Positions 35,881-48,825 are shown, counted from the stretch's first letter. The stretch: 64,000 nucleotides of DNA from Takakia lepidozioides (GCA_030704615.1 CM060732.1:11966001-12030000), one strand, 5' to 3'. Notes: generated by a model not told the origin, from the sequence alone. Translations and numbers: made by a program.

Positions 35881-38800
35881 ATGGCCCAATGCCATACTCA
35901 CGAGTTGAGTTTCCCTTGTGTAATTGACACGGGTTGCACCATATGTGCTATGCCTCTAAATATTGTGAGAGTTTTTGGTCTTAAGTTATGCCCTGCCTCT
36001 AGTGTTGAAGTACTAATTGCGGATGGGTCCAGATATAAGCCTCTAGGTTTGGTCACTGTGCCTATCAGGATTCACAAGAAGGAAGTCATGGTTAAATGTA
36101 TAGTCACTATAGGCAATCAATTCTTGCTAGGCCTTGATTGGATGACTGGAGCTGGTGCAATCATCAGTCTGGCCGATTACTCCCTCCGATTTCACAATGG
36201 AGAGGGCCATGAGGTCGTTGTTCCATTGAAGGCTGTGAAACTTAGAGCTGGATCTGCCACATCCAATCTATCCAGAGTTCAGGCAATGGTGAAAGAGGTA
36301 CAACAGAACTCTCACTCCAACCTCAATTGGAATGATTTTTACAAACTTCAGCCTGATCTGCAACTCTTATATCAATGGCATGTTCCTAGTGCTGATGGTA
36401 GAACAGGGATGCCTATAGCTGTCCCAAAAAATTCTACTCTGATTCGTGCACCCATGAACGTCACCATCCCTGCTATGACCCAGAAAGTGATCAAGTCTGG
36501 TCTGGCCCTTTTATGCCCAACTGCTCATTTCCTGGAAGTAGAAGGTTGGCAGAGACTCACTGCTCCCAAGCATTGTTTGGTGGCTACTGGGGTTATAGAT
36601 AGAGGATATATGCAGGAGGTCAAAGTGTTAATTGCTAATCCGGAGCACTTTCCTGTGACCATTAAGAAAGGGTAGGTCCTGGCTCGTATCACTGCCCTGC
36701 CCATTGCTGAAATCCAAGAAGTACAAGTTGGCTTTGGGCTGGAGGCCATTGGCATTCAACACGGCCCTGTGGATGCTGTTGCTACCTTTGCTGCTCTAGC
36801 ACCACCACCTCTCCCTGAGCTCAGTCCTGAAGGTAAGAAGGCTCTTACCAAAGTGTTGTCTGAACTTACATTAGGAAGTACCCTCTCCCCTGGCCAAAAG
36901 AAAATAGTAGAAATGCTTGTTGCAAAAAATCTCGATATTTTCAGCTTGGGATCTACTGATCTGGGGCGTACTGAGAACATTCAACATGACATTGTCACTG
37001 AGGGACCTCCTATTAAACAATTTGCATACCGAGAAAGTATTAAAGAACGTGCCATAGTCCAGGAAGAAGTCCAGAAGATGCTAGTTGTTGGTGTAATTAA
37101 GCCATCAATCTCTCCTTGGGCCAGTCCCATTGTCCTGGTTGGTAAGAAAGATGGCACTATTCGTTTTGTGTTGACTTCAGGAAATTGAATGACATCACTA
37201 AGAAGAATGCCTACCATCTACCCAAGATCAATGAAACCTTAGATCAACTACATGGTGCTACCGTTTTTTCCTCTCTTGATCTTGCATCTGGTTTTTGGCA
37301 AGTTCCTCTTACTGAAGCAGCCAAGGAAAAGACTTCCTTTGTGTGTCGCATGGGCAAGTACCAATACGAAACCATGCCCTTTGGCTTGTGCAATGCTACC
37401 TCTACTTTCCAACGCCTCATGGACATTGTTTTAGGTAATCTTCGCTGGGAATATGCCTTGATTTATGTTGATGATATCAATGTATACTCAGCCAACTTTG
37501 ATGCCCACTTGACTGATCTGCAGCGTGTTTTCAGCAAATTACGAACTGCAGGACTCAAGGTTAAACGCAAAAAGTGTGAGTTGTTTATGCCCGAGTTACA
37601 CTTTCTTGGGCATATTCTGTCCAAGGATGGTTTGCTTCCTGATCCTGCCAAGCTTGAGTTTGTTTGGGGCTTTCCGATTCCCAGGGACAAACACTGCATC
37701 AAATCTTTTCTTGGTCTGGCCTCCTATTACAGGCGCTTCATAAAGAACTTTTGCACAACTTGCTCACCCTCTTAGCAAGGTATTGTGCAAGGATGCCAGG
37801 TTTGAATGGAGCTTCTCCCAACAAGCAGCCTTTGACACTCTTCGCAAAGCCTTATGTTCCTATCCTGATGTTTCCCAACTTTGAATTACCTTTTCTGCTT
37901 CAGGCTGATGCATCCGATGTTGCTATTTCTGCCATCTTATGTCAAGTAGTAGAAGGTAAGGAGCATGTGATAGCTTATGCATCTCACCGCCTAGATCGTC
38001 ATGAAAGGAATTATTCCATATCTGATAAGGAAGGTCTGGCCCTGGTCTTCGGTGTGAAACATTTTAGGCAATATTTACATGGCAACCGGTTTGTGGTGGA
38101 GACTGATCACCTTCCACTCAAGGCTCTTGTCAAGCCCAGGGAACTTCATGGCAGACTTGCTAGATGGGCTATGTTCCTACAAGAATTTAACATGGATATC
38201 GTCTATAAGAAATGAAATGAAAACACAAATGCTGATGCACTCACGCGGGTTGATCCTCATGTGAGCAGGCCTATGCTTACCTTGGATGACCTTGCTGCTG
38301 CTGATGCAGCCCCTCCTCCTGATCCAGCTCCGCTTCTCAACCTCCTTTGTGCAGATCAGCACCCCTTGACCTTGGATTCGGATGGCATATTGGCTGCTTG
38401 GGGCTGGTCTAGCCTTCTTGATGATCCTGGTTGATTTATTCATGTGTTAGCATGTGTGGTGGATTTTATCGCTTAGGGAGAATTTGGATGGTTTGGTGGA
38501 AGTTCCTTGTTTTGTTCCAGCTCTGCTCTTTCCTTGGCCCCGAGTTTGTTGTGATTCGGCTGCTGCACTCCGGTGTGACTATTGGCTTGAACTTCAAGGC
38601 CTGATTTGGCTGTCCATGAGTAGTAACAAATGAGGTGAAGGTCTCCCTGGCTGGAGATCATAGGTGCAGGCACTCCAGACCACCTTCTCTAAAGCCCATT
38701 GTCTACCTCTTATGTGCAGTGCAGTCATGGATGATCAGCTACATGTTGCGCTACTCCAGCAATGCCAATCAGGGCGTTCGCCAACTGGCCTTTCCGAGTC

Positions 38801-39921
38801 ATTGCGCAAGCAAATTCTTTATCATGTGTCTACTCACCGCTTCATGGGTGATAAGCTTTTCAAGGAGCTCACTAGAGGGGGAGTGCCATGCTATTTGGAG
38901 GTGCCACCACGGAGCCAGCTGAATGCTTTATTGGAGCGTTTTCATTGTTCCTTGTATGCAGGTCACCTTGGTATCAAGAAGACCGTGGCCCGCATCCAAG
39001 AGGTTTACTATTGGCTGGGAATTCACCGGAATGTGACGGAGTTCATCTCTAAGTGTGAAGATTGTCATGCTAACATTGCTCTCCTAGGGCCCGGATCTTA
39101 TATGAGCTACAGCCTTTGCCTATTACACATGCTTTTGCTCGTGTTGGCATTGATTTGGTAGGACCCCTCGCACTCACATCAAAGGATCGAAGCTATCTTT
39201 GTGTAGCTACCGACTACTTGACTAAGTGGGTAGAAGTCAGGCCTTTGCGTACCAAGACTAGTGATGCTGTAGCTCAGTTCTTCTTCAATGAGATCCTTAT
39301 GCGGCATGGGTGTCCTCGGGAGATACTAACGGATCAGGGCAAGGAGTTTTGTAACCAGCTCCTCACGGTGGTGTGCTTCAACTTTGGTGTCAAGCATTCC
39401 ACCACAGCCCCATACCATCCCCAGACCAATGGCCTTACGGAACGCTTCAACCAAACTCTTTGCCGCATGTTGGAAAAGAATGGCGCACTTACCAGGGAGT
39501 GGGATACCTTTCTTCCCCCTATTCTCTTTGCTTATCGCACCGCCGTGCATGCTAGCACTAAGAAGACTCCTTTTGAGTTGTTGTATGGTCGCAAGTGTGT
39601 TTCTCCTTTGCATTCTACCCCTCTTATTTCTACTGTAAGCCCGTAATTTTAACAAACGTGTCAAGTATTCTAACTTTTTTTCAGGTGGGACAGACCGTGT
39701 GCATTCAGCTGCATCATGGTAAGCATGCATGCAAATCTAAGCTTAAGATCTACGGTCCATACTTGATCTATGAGCTTTTACGTGGGCGACGTGCTCTCCT
39801 TCTTCCACAGGGCTTCAATGTCCACGCGCATGATGAACCTGTTTCTCTCACGGATCTGGTGCATTCCGAGCTGGTCTTTGATCTCACGTGCATCAATGTG
39901 GAGGGACGTACAGTGGGATGA
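35881..39921 (+). pseudogene. pol: Gypsy pol: aspartic protease, dUTPase-like, RT, RNase H and integrase; several stops and frameshifts
   Basis: VIDTG and LLGLDW (PR); GVIDRGY (dUT); SPWASPIVLV, LDLASGFWQ, MPFGLCNA and YVDD (RT); ADAS, DKEGLA, TDH and ADAL (RH); H..GHLG..CEDC, GIDLVGP, TDQGKEF and PQTNGLTERFN (INT). Confidence 0.95.
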
Positions 39922-40220
39922 TGTCTTGATCTTCTTCAGATTGGCTTCTTCGGCGGATTAGTGTTAGCTTGCGGATTTGGCACTTTGCGGCTTTTCGGCC
40001 TTTCTAGCCTTTTTCTAGCTCTTGATGCATTTGTAAACCTATGATATGTCACCACGTGTACTCCCTGCACGGTTTTCCTAGCCAAAGGTTTTGTCCTCAG
40101 CCCCATTTACAGGTGCCAGGTTTTCCTTTGGTAGGTTTTTCACCCAGCAGTGGAGGGTGATTTTATCCCGCACATTTATTATTATTTCTTATATTGTGCT
40201 TCGCGGAGCTCAGGATTTTC

Positions 40221-40229
40221 GTGGGGGGT
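40221..40229 (+). promoter_or_regulatory. Polypurine (G) tract
   Basis: gtggggggt immediately precedes aggcttcacagatgtgatg. Confidence 0.6.
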
Positions 40230-40708
40230 AGGCTTCACAGATGTGATGCCCCAAACTTTCCTCATCACAGGTTTATCTTATTCATCCAAAGCAGCGATAC
40301 TCATTCGTAGTATAAATTTTTGTCTTAAAATACCGTTGAACCGTTACAAAGATATCATAGCCAGGGTTAGTTATGGCTTGTGGCTGCATTGTAGCCGTCC
40401 AACAGATCTAGGGTTTTGATGTGGCACCGCGAGCTCAGCCTGACACGCCTCGCCACGCGTCAGGAAGGCATGCAGCTAGGTTTGTATAAAGTGGCGGCCT
40501 GACCTTGTGTCAGGTAGCTGATGTACTCTGGTGTATATAGATGTGGAAAGCTGTCTGAATGCAATACGTGTGTATGATTTTCTGTCAGTTCGCTCGTTGA
40601 GATCCTCCTCTCGCGTGCATGCATGCTCCTCTTGTTCTCCCCCCGTTGTTTTGAAGAGCACTTGAGAGGATAGGCATATATTCGTCCTGCTTCTTTTAAG
40701 GCTTCACA
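40230..40708 (+). repeat. 3' terminal repeat block: A (40230-40239) - ga - B (40242-40698) - A (40699-40708)
   Basis: A = aggcttcaca occurs on both sides of the 3' B copy and is absent from the 5' end of the element. Confidence 0.9.
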
Positions 40709-41610
40709 GGCCCGTACCCCACACGAAAGGCAAGGTAGTTGGGGCTGTTTCCTGGCGCTAAGACAAGGTGCGGCACCCTTGCTTTTAACGATATGGAATG
40801 GCACACATGGTTTGTCTGTCTAATAGTCCATTTGTTCGTGGTTTTTGTTGGTGGTGCAGCCATCAACAGTCAAATGACTAAAATAGTGAGCACAATACCG
40901 TACTACACCAGGCTACTACCGTTTCTCTGCATAAGTTATCCATCCGGGAAAAAACAAATTGGAAATAGATTTCACTAGCGAAACTAGTACTTTTTCGATT
41001 TTTTATTTTTTTTCAATGTAACTCTCTATAAACTGAAATAGCTGCGATATATTTGAGTCATCTTCATCCTTTAGTGACGGAAGACATTTTCACCTTAAAC
41101 TTTTTATTTAAATAATATACATTTTTATTCTTACGGTAGGTCTAATGATGCGGGTTTTAACATTTTGTCCAATGATTTCAAGTAAAATTTTCTCTCCATT
41201 GTTTAAAAAAAAAACATAAACTTATTCATAGTAAATCGTGTACTTAACGTACTTACGCCTTCTATTTTCATTTTCAAACATATTGCCTCTATAATCATGG
41301 ATTGTGCTCACACATGCTTTTATCCTGCTCACCCCAATTCTGCTCCCGCTGTGCTCACACAATAACAACCATCTTATGTCTAGTGTACATTGACAAGAAA
41401 TGAGATTTGTCAACTGCCCTTTGTGTTTGTCTGCATCTTACTCTTTCGATCTGGAAGATACCAAGATCTTTTGGTCGTGGACCAAAAGAGGTTGAAATTT
41501 GGTTGTGAGGGCCCAGCATGTGTGTAAAAGAACATCACATTTGAAATCAAATGCACATATAGCCTCCACATCAAGTCACACTTTCCATTGAAAAAAGATT
41601 GAACATGGAC

Positions 41611-41611
<1 letters not shown>

Positions 41612-41661
<50 letters not shown>

Positions 41662-41673
41662 GGGGGGGGGGGG
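41612..41673. repeat. (GA)n microsatellite followed by a poly-G run
   Basis: Directly visible. Confidence 0.95.
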
Positions 41674-42359
41674 AAACACAAATATTACTCTTTTTAGGCT
41701 ATCAAATGGAGCGTACGTAGTCATCGAAATAAAACCATGTGGACATATTTGCAAGTTTTTAATGGGCATTAGTCAATACCACTAAGAGGGGGCATTTGGA
41801 CCCACCCCACTTTGTTTTTTTCACATGGTTAAAGTCAACATTTGAAATTTGTTAAAAAGATGCTATGCACTGGCACCAATTGTCAAGCTTATCATATCCT
41901 AGAACAATCATATCTCTCACATGACCATTCCCTTGAGCACCCATATCAGTATCCATTTTTCTAATGTGTCCACCTTCCAGTCAGATGTGACCCAGAAATA
42001 CTGGGGATCTTTGATATATGTCGGGTTTCTGGCATGTATGCCATGCATCTCTCTGTCTGCATCCCATACCAAGTTCTTGCCCCAATGCACACATTCAAAA
42101 TATGAATGGTAGCCCATCCAATGGGAGGTTGTGTCGATTGTATTCAAAATCTATGGGCATCCGTTCTTAGGTAGTAGTCCATTGGGATGAAAAGACACCA
42201 TATTACACTTGCTTTCCAACTCTCTCTTGATGTCAAATTTTTGTTTAATTCTAGTAACAACTGAAGGTCGTATCATTCAAGGCGATGGACCAACAAAAAT
42301 ATGAACGTCAATTGTCCATCCGTTCATGGACTTAATGCCATACAACTTATACTAACTCA

Positions 42360-45300
42360 TTAATAATACTGAGCCTCCTCCCAAACGGCTCGCAGTCAAG
42401 GCATGTGTCCGAAGACGCCTCCGGTTACCATAGCCACTTGCAACGGTCTCCGCACCAGAGGAAACGGAGATATTTTTAGGAAGGTGAAACCGGCTGACAT
42501 TGTCATCTGAAATGTTACTGCCAACTCTACTTGATGCCCTTGAAGCCTCCCGTCACGCCCGCCATTCTTCCCAATCACGCAGTTCTTGTTCCACTTTTAG
42601 AATTCGTTCCTGAAGCATAAAATCCAGGACAGGCTGCAAATTCTTGTACATCATGCAGCTCCATATTCCTAGACGAAAATGTTTGTTCAACTTTGTCCAC
42701 ATCTCACGATATTTTTCCCGCCTATAGACAAATCGAAATCCAACAATGGTATCCTATAGTCTGTCTCGGACATCCGGGGGACATTGTAGCTCTTCTGGTG
42801 CTTCAAGACTTTGCACAAAACTCCATTCAGGTAAAAAATTATCAAGCGTAATCCTTTCGCAAGTGGAGAAAATGGTGCTGCAATCTGTGAGAAATTCATA
42901 CATCCACTTAGGTGGTAATCAAGCTAAACCATGGACAGGATTGACATTGGAAGCAACGTCCACTGGACAGTCACAACGTCACTGGACAGTCACTGAACAG
43001 TCACAAGGTTCAGGAAAATCTTGAGTGACGAATGGCCCAAATATCTGAAAGCGCCAATATATCTTAAATGTCTTTACGACATTATCACTACGTACAGATC
43101 AAACACATTTTTCATCGACACTGTAGAAAATATGTATAAGTCCTACTTGAACCCAAAGTCGATCGGTATCTTCCTTCCAAAATATAAAGCGCTCGTCGAC
43201 CCATACAAGGACAGGTTTCTTCTGGATGAACTCAAACCGCACCTTGAAGAGTTGCGGTTATCCAGAAAAGACGCTGATATATTCAATGTGGAAAAACCCA
43301 TAGGATGTCGACCGTATAATGACCCAAATGTCAAGCCTATTGCTATTTTGAAAGTCTGTCTATGCTTCACGCAGTCCTCATTGTTGAATTCCCTGACCTT
43401 GTAAAACCTTCTTCCAACAAAGGCCAGCCCTATATCCAGGACATTTTCTAACGGTCCAGTGTTCCAAAAGTAGACCTTAAAATGCTTAAGAATCCATTTC
43501 AGGAAGTCGTCCAAACCATTTTCGGACTGCAAGCTTGAATTTTCTAGCGCATACACAAGGATGGGTTGCGGGAGGGGATCTCGGGTCATCTCGGAGGTAA
43601 ACCTCACCAAGGTAACCAACGTCAAGAACCAGGACGTAGTATCTTGGTCGACATCCATTCGGTCCTTCAGAGAGGCGGTACCAATCCTGTGGGTTTACAG
43701 ATTGGTGATAGTCGATTGGAGGGTGAATTTAATCATCCTGTGGAATAACAGAACAATTAATTCATTTTGAAAACTAGAAGAAGGACAAAGAAGAACATTT
43801 CTAAGATAGTTATGAAGTGTATACCCGTTTCGGGGAGGGATTCTGAATTTGCTGTTGTGGCTGCTCGCTCTCTTTTCCTTCGCGCTGAGCAACGACCATC
43901 TCCGACTCATTTCCTACATCTCGCAACGTCGACTGGGCAGTGGAGGTTGCTTGTATGATCGGACCAGGTGGGCTGACCCTAATTGTTAAGTCCACCTGCC
44001 TCCTCACTGTTTGAGTCGCAATGGATTCTGTCCGAGTTTTTGTAATTTCCTCCAATTTCCGTTCATGGATCTATATGAGTTTTTGTAACCGTCAGTCACA
44101 TGAAAAGTTGAAGGAGGTGGGAATATGACGCCAAACAAAAATCAAAATACAGATAAGCTATTGACAAAAACACAACTAGAACACAACCAGATGCAATACA
44201 CACAATTTGTTCTATTTAAAATACTTAAAGACACCACAAATCTCCAGGTGTCATTCGTTACCTACATCCACATTGACATGCTGGGAGACACTGTGAGAGT
44301 CAGTTGGGCTCTGAGTCCTGCCTCTGCCTCCCCTGTCTTTTCTGGGAGACGGGCTTTTTGTCCTGGCTCTGTCTCCACTGTCTTTTGCGGGAGACGGGCT
44401 CTTAGTCCTCGCTCTGTGTCCGCTGTCTTTTGTGGGACACGGGCTCTTTGTCCTCGCTCTCTCTACCCTGTCTTTGGCGGGAGACGGGGACATTGGCGCC
44501 GGCTCGTCCCCTTCTACAGGTTTGAACCAGTCTTCTGTACTCCGAACTAGATTGCCGCCCACCTCGATTGAGCTGGCCCCGCCACCCCTTGAGGATGAAG
44601 GAGGATATTCCTCGTAGTTCTCTTGCTTGAACTCGATGAATCCCCGTCCAGAATCACGACCTTGTGGACCGCAACGTCTTGTGTGGTGCTCTCAAGTCCA
44701 TCCAGTGACTGAGTTGTGAAGTCCTGAATCACATCAAGGTGTCCAGCCACCCAAGGGTCTGCATTTTTTCCATCGTGGCCCTCGTCCTCCTCCCTGTGTT
44801 CGGAATGTCCTCCTCTTTCTTTCAAATCTTCATCCTCCACTTCCTCATCCTCATCATCATCGTCTCCGCGTCAAACCTCTTCAGCAACATTGTCATTCTC
44901 AATTTGAAGCTTCTTAAAATTTGCTTCAACTTTTCCTTTGCAATTTTTTTTTTTGGTTGAGTGGTTGATGTCAAGCACTCGAATGTTTCTTGCCTGCAGA
45001 TAAACCCAGTCAGTAAAACAGAGGACGTGTTCGAACAAAAATATTAAAAACATATTTAAAATGCAAACAGGTTTTACACTTACATGAAGGGCGTACGTCA
45101 ACATCACGCCTCCGAAGATGTTGACAGCGGACATCCCGTCTCGACAAAACATGGAGGCTAAATAGTCGTATGTGTCACCTCGTAGCTCATGATTATAAGT
45201 CCTGCAGTCTTCTTCAAAAGCTGATGGCTTCCTAGAAGGCCCTTCAAGAATCGGCTGAATTGGCTCGATTAAGAGCACTGTCGCCATGTGCTCGTCCAGA

Positions 45301-47640
45301 TTTTGCATCTCCTCAAGTGTCGCTGGAAAAACGTAGTCCAGGCACAGGACAGTCCAAGAGAAAGTCTTCGTGCTGTTTTTGTAAACGTTTTCATACTCCC
45401 CTGGAACACAAAATCCCTGCCGGACAAGATACAATGTTCTTCCGGGACCATTTTGGATGTAGGAGCCAGATTGGCCGGGGACGGTTGAGTCGAGAAGAAA
45501 ACAAAAGCACTTGTGTTCATTTTTCGAGCCACAAAAGCTTCCAATATGTTCACATAGTCCTTGGCCTCAAATACCACAGAATCATCTTCAGAAATTGTAT
45601 TGACAAACACCATCGCTATGTTGTCAAACCGTTTTTTCGGTGCGAGTCGCAGACGAGACTTGGTATCGGCGAATTTTGCTTCCCCCCCCATGAGAGCGTA
45701 ATGACACTTGAAACTCGCTGAAATAATCGTCATGGCATCCTCCCTATCCTCATAAGCTTTCTTGATGGAGGAGACGTACTTAACAAAAGCGGCCGTGAGT
45801 GGTTTTGTCTCCATGTTCATCTTAATCTTGCTTTGAATGTAATCCGTCCCCAGTTTGTCTTTAAATGTGGAGAACTCTGCCTTATTGAAGCGATACTTTT
45901 TCTTCACTTCATGCCACTCGTCCGTCCTAGTGTATGGTTCCGTGCACTGTTTGCTCCTCCGAGGCCACCCCAACACTTCCATAACATCGTCGACAATAAA
46001 CCAGCGCATTTTCATGTCGTCTATGTACTTGTTCATGCCTTGAATTGATTTGTCTTATCCTTTGTAATCTTGAATGATCAATTTCAAGTCCAGGATTCTT
46101 TGCGCAACTTTTCTCAGCTGCCATCTGTTCAATCCTTGCAGCTTTGCGATAGCAGATTTTGTGAGTTGTTGCTGTTCACCCTTGTGCTGTATCCCAAGCG
46201 GGTCGAGAAGCTTTCCCTGCTCCCAACATTTGAACACATCTTCCCAGATCTTCAAAAACGTCGTCGCGTCAAAGTACCAGAACCATTGCCTCCTTAATGC
46301 TACCCATTTCAAGTATCAATGACAGGCAAAACATGAACTCCTGCACAGGATTCCACGGAAAAATTAGGTGTCAACTCCGCCACCAGAAGTTTACTTCAGC
46401 ATAAAATGAATTTGAATAGTAGATTTTCATTCCATAAATTCATACCTTCTATTGTTTTGTCTCGGACTTGTTGGTGTGATCGTTGTATTTCTTTGGCTTC
46501 CCCCTCAGGTTGAATAACATTCGCACATGCGCAACTTTCTCCGGCATTGTTGTATCAAACTTTTGCGCCTTATTGGGATCGTTGAGGAGCTTTGACAGCT
46601 TTAGTAGCCTTTGTTCATCGGTAGACCATACAATCTTCGCAGGCCACTCCCGGTAGTATTTCTTCAGTTTGCTATCGGCAAGATCCTCGAGAAGTTCCTG
46701 CTACAGCTAAGGTAAAATGGGTGAGAGAGGTGAAAGGGTAGGGACATATCCAATTTCGCGGGAACACCAACCTCCACTGCCCAGTGGAGGTTCCTTAAAA
46801 GAGAGGGCTGGGTCGAAATGAAGTCCATTACCTTTAATTTGCTGCCACGATGGTGTGTTGTCCTCCAATGACGAAGAACCTGGATACGTCCATTTCCTCC
46901 CATTGCTTCGGTCACGATGAAGCAATCTTCTCGGGATTGGAAGGGTTGATTGGCGCAAGATACACCGGATGTTTGGAGTCGAACAAATGAAGCTGGAAGA
47001 GTCACGCTTTCACTTCGTCCTTATGCTTGATATTTAACGGCTTGTAAACCATGCTCATTGGAGCTAGTTCCATCTTGGAAACCTTCACAAGGAAGGTACT
47101 CTCGAATCCAAATGGAAATACATCGTTGTATTCCTTTGTGAGCATCTCCTCCATCTTCTCGCACTTTTCCTTGTCAAAAATCTCCCCAGCTTTGGGTCTC
47201 TTGTTATCTGTCATCAATGCTGGATCCTGATTCTCCTTCTGTTTTTTCTTTCCTGCGGAAGTCCCGGCCTCATTGTCATCATTCCCGGCAGTCGACAACT
47301 TGCGTTTTCCCTTCTTCGGCTTCGATGCTTCCTCCAGTGCTCGCTTCTTGCGAATGTCGTTCCCCATTGCGTGCAGAAGATCCAGAAAAAAATACTCCAA
47401 GCCCTCGACAAACCTACGTCGGTAAATATTGAGCCCTCGTCGAGAAATCTAAAACCCAGTCCAATGCATTCACTCATCAACGACTTGTTCAGACGACCCA
47501 CCTCCACTTTGAAACCAAACGTCCTGGGGGTTCTCGCATCCTCATACAAGAACAAAACCAACATCGGGTTTTCCTCTTCAGATTCAAGTTCTATATCGAA
47601 GGCTTCTGCGTATTTTAAGTCGTTATTACTCCAAGACTTC
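42360..47640 (-). pseudogene. Multi-exon gene: ParB/Srx-like, degenerate N4/N6-MTase-like, acidic and SP-rich linker, two NIF (FCP1/SCP-like) domains
   Basis: FFVIGGQHTIVAA (~46880-46840); YDYLASMFCRDGMSAVNIFGG (~45175-45105); YVLVLDV...VR/NGLDDFLKWILKHFKVYFW plus the inverted NTFFID..KSYLNP..DRFLLDELKPHLE..PIG; LIIFYLNGVLC...HFRLGIWSC. GT-AG introns, stops and frameshifts are present. Confidence 0.6.
44300..44495 (-). repeat. 45-bp coding tandem repeat (RARTKSPSPxKDxGx, about 4 copies)
   Basis: Visible in ORF 44251-44562. Confidence 0.85.
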
Positions 47641-48158
47641 TGTAATGAAAAGACAGCTTGTGATCAGGAGGTGTACCCACTTGCCCCAATCTGTCACCTC
47701 TGGGTTCAGCTCAAAAATTGCGGTATCCAGTCAGTTTTGAAATTTGAGGACTTCCGGCATATGAATGCGCCACAAATATCTCCAATCAATCCCGGGACGC
47801 AATTTGGTGGTATAGGATGTCTTTTGTTACAACCAAACACAAATTCATTAGATAATCAAATAACAAGATCTCTCTTACGAGCATCCATCATTCCATATAT
47901 AAGAACCTCCACTAGACAATGGAGGTTCGTATATACGAGGCTTTCTGCATGAAAGTAGAAATCTTCCCTATTATACAAATGTTGTAGAAAGAAACTTTAA
48001 TGAAAATGAGGCTCAGGAGCCATCGAATACATCATCCTGAAACAGGACAAATCTACAAATGAAATCTTTGAAACTAATTCCTCCAAAAAATACTCGGGGA
48101 CTTCTCGCGCAGACTTCGTCTGCTATATTAAGACGAGTCTAGGTTATATACCCAACAA

Positions 48159-48825
48159 CTACAAAATGCTCCTTCTGATCTCCCTGAGTGTATCAGACGA
48201 ATAGTCTGGAGGGGTATATTTCGGGGATCCGGTGACACTATCAGGAGATGCAGGGGAGTATCTTGGAGATCCGGAGACGTCATGGAGTTCCAGTTCCGGG
48301 ACTCCTTGTCTCGACGCTCGTTGCGGTGTCCAGGGAAAAGTTTGGAGGGTAATATCCTGCATATCATGTGGTGGATACAGGAGATGCTTGCGAGTAACCC
48401 GGAGATGCGGGAAATCCAAAAACGGTCTTTCGTATCGCCGCCAATGTGTCCGGGGAATAGTCTGGAGGGGTGTATGTCAGATAATCTTGGGAGTAGGCAG
48501 GAGATCTATAGACATCAATGTTTTCATGAGCGCTATCTCTTATTTCCGCCAGGGTATCCGTGGAGTAGTCATGAGGTCTATTGTTGGGAGATTCGGCTGC
48601 ATTTCGCAGGGATTGTACAGTCACATTTTCGTCAATCCCAGACACTTTGTTCGGCTCGGTAGACCCCCAACTGGATTTTTCATCTGGTTTCAAAACATCA
48701 TGTTCTTGATCTGGATGGTCCGCTTCCATCACGTCTACCGAACACCGTCTCTTGCTGCACTTTAATCTGACGGTCGTGTACTCATCGTCAGACACTGGTT
48801 CCCCACCCACGCTCCTCTTTCTCAT
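48159..48825 (-). pseudogene. ORF with internal repeats resembling Pol II CTD heptads (SPxYSPxSP) and DYSxDTLxxIR units
   Basis: ORFs 48364-48825 and 48159-48419, joined via a stop and a frameshift. Confidence 0.5.

Larger units (their letters stand above)
17166..40708 (+). mobile_element. Ty3/Gypsy LTR retrotransposon with split terminal repeats, interrupted by CACTA
   Basis: 457-bp direct repeats; TGTGA...TCACA termini; flanking GGCC/GGCC (extends to CAGGCC); PBS, PPT, gag and PR-dUT-RT-RH-INT. Confidence 0.93.

Noticed and set aside
17166-40708. DIRS/Ngaro retroelement, suggested by the split repeats
   Set aside because: It encodes a protease and a DDE integrase, has a PBS, PPT and TSD, and shows no tyrosine recombinase motif.
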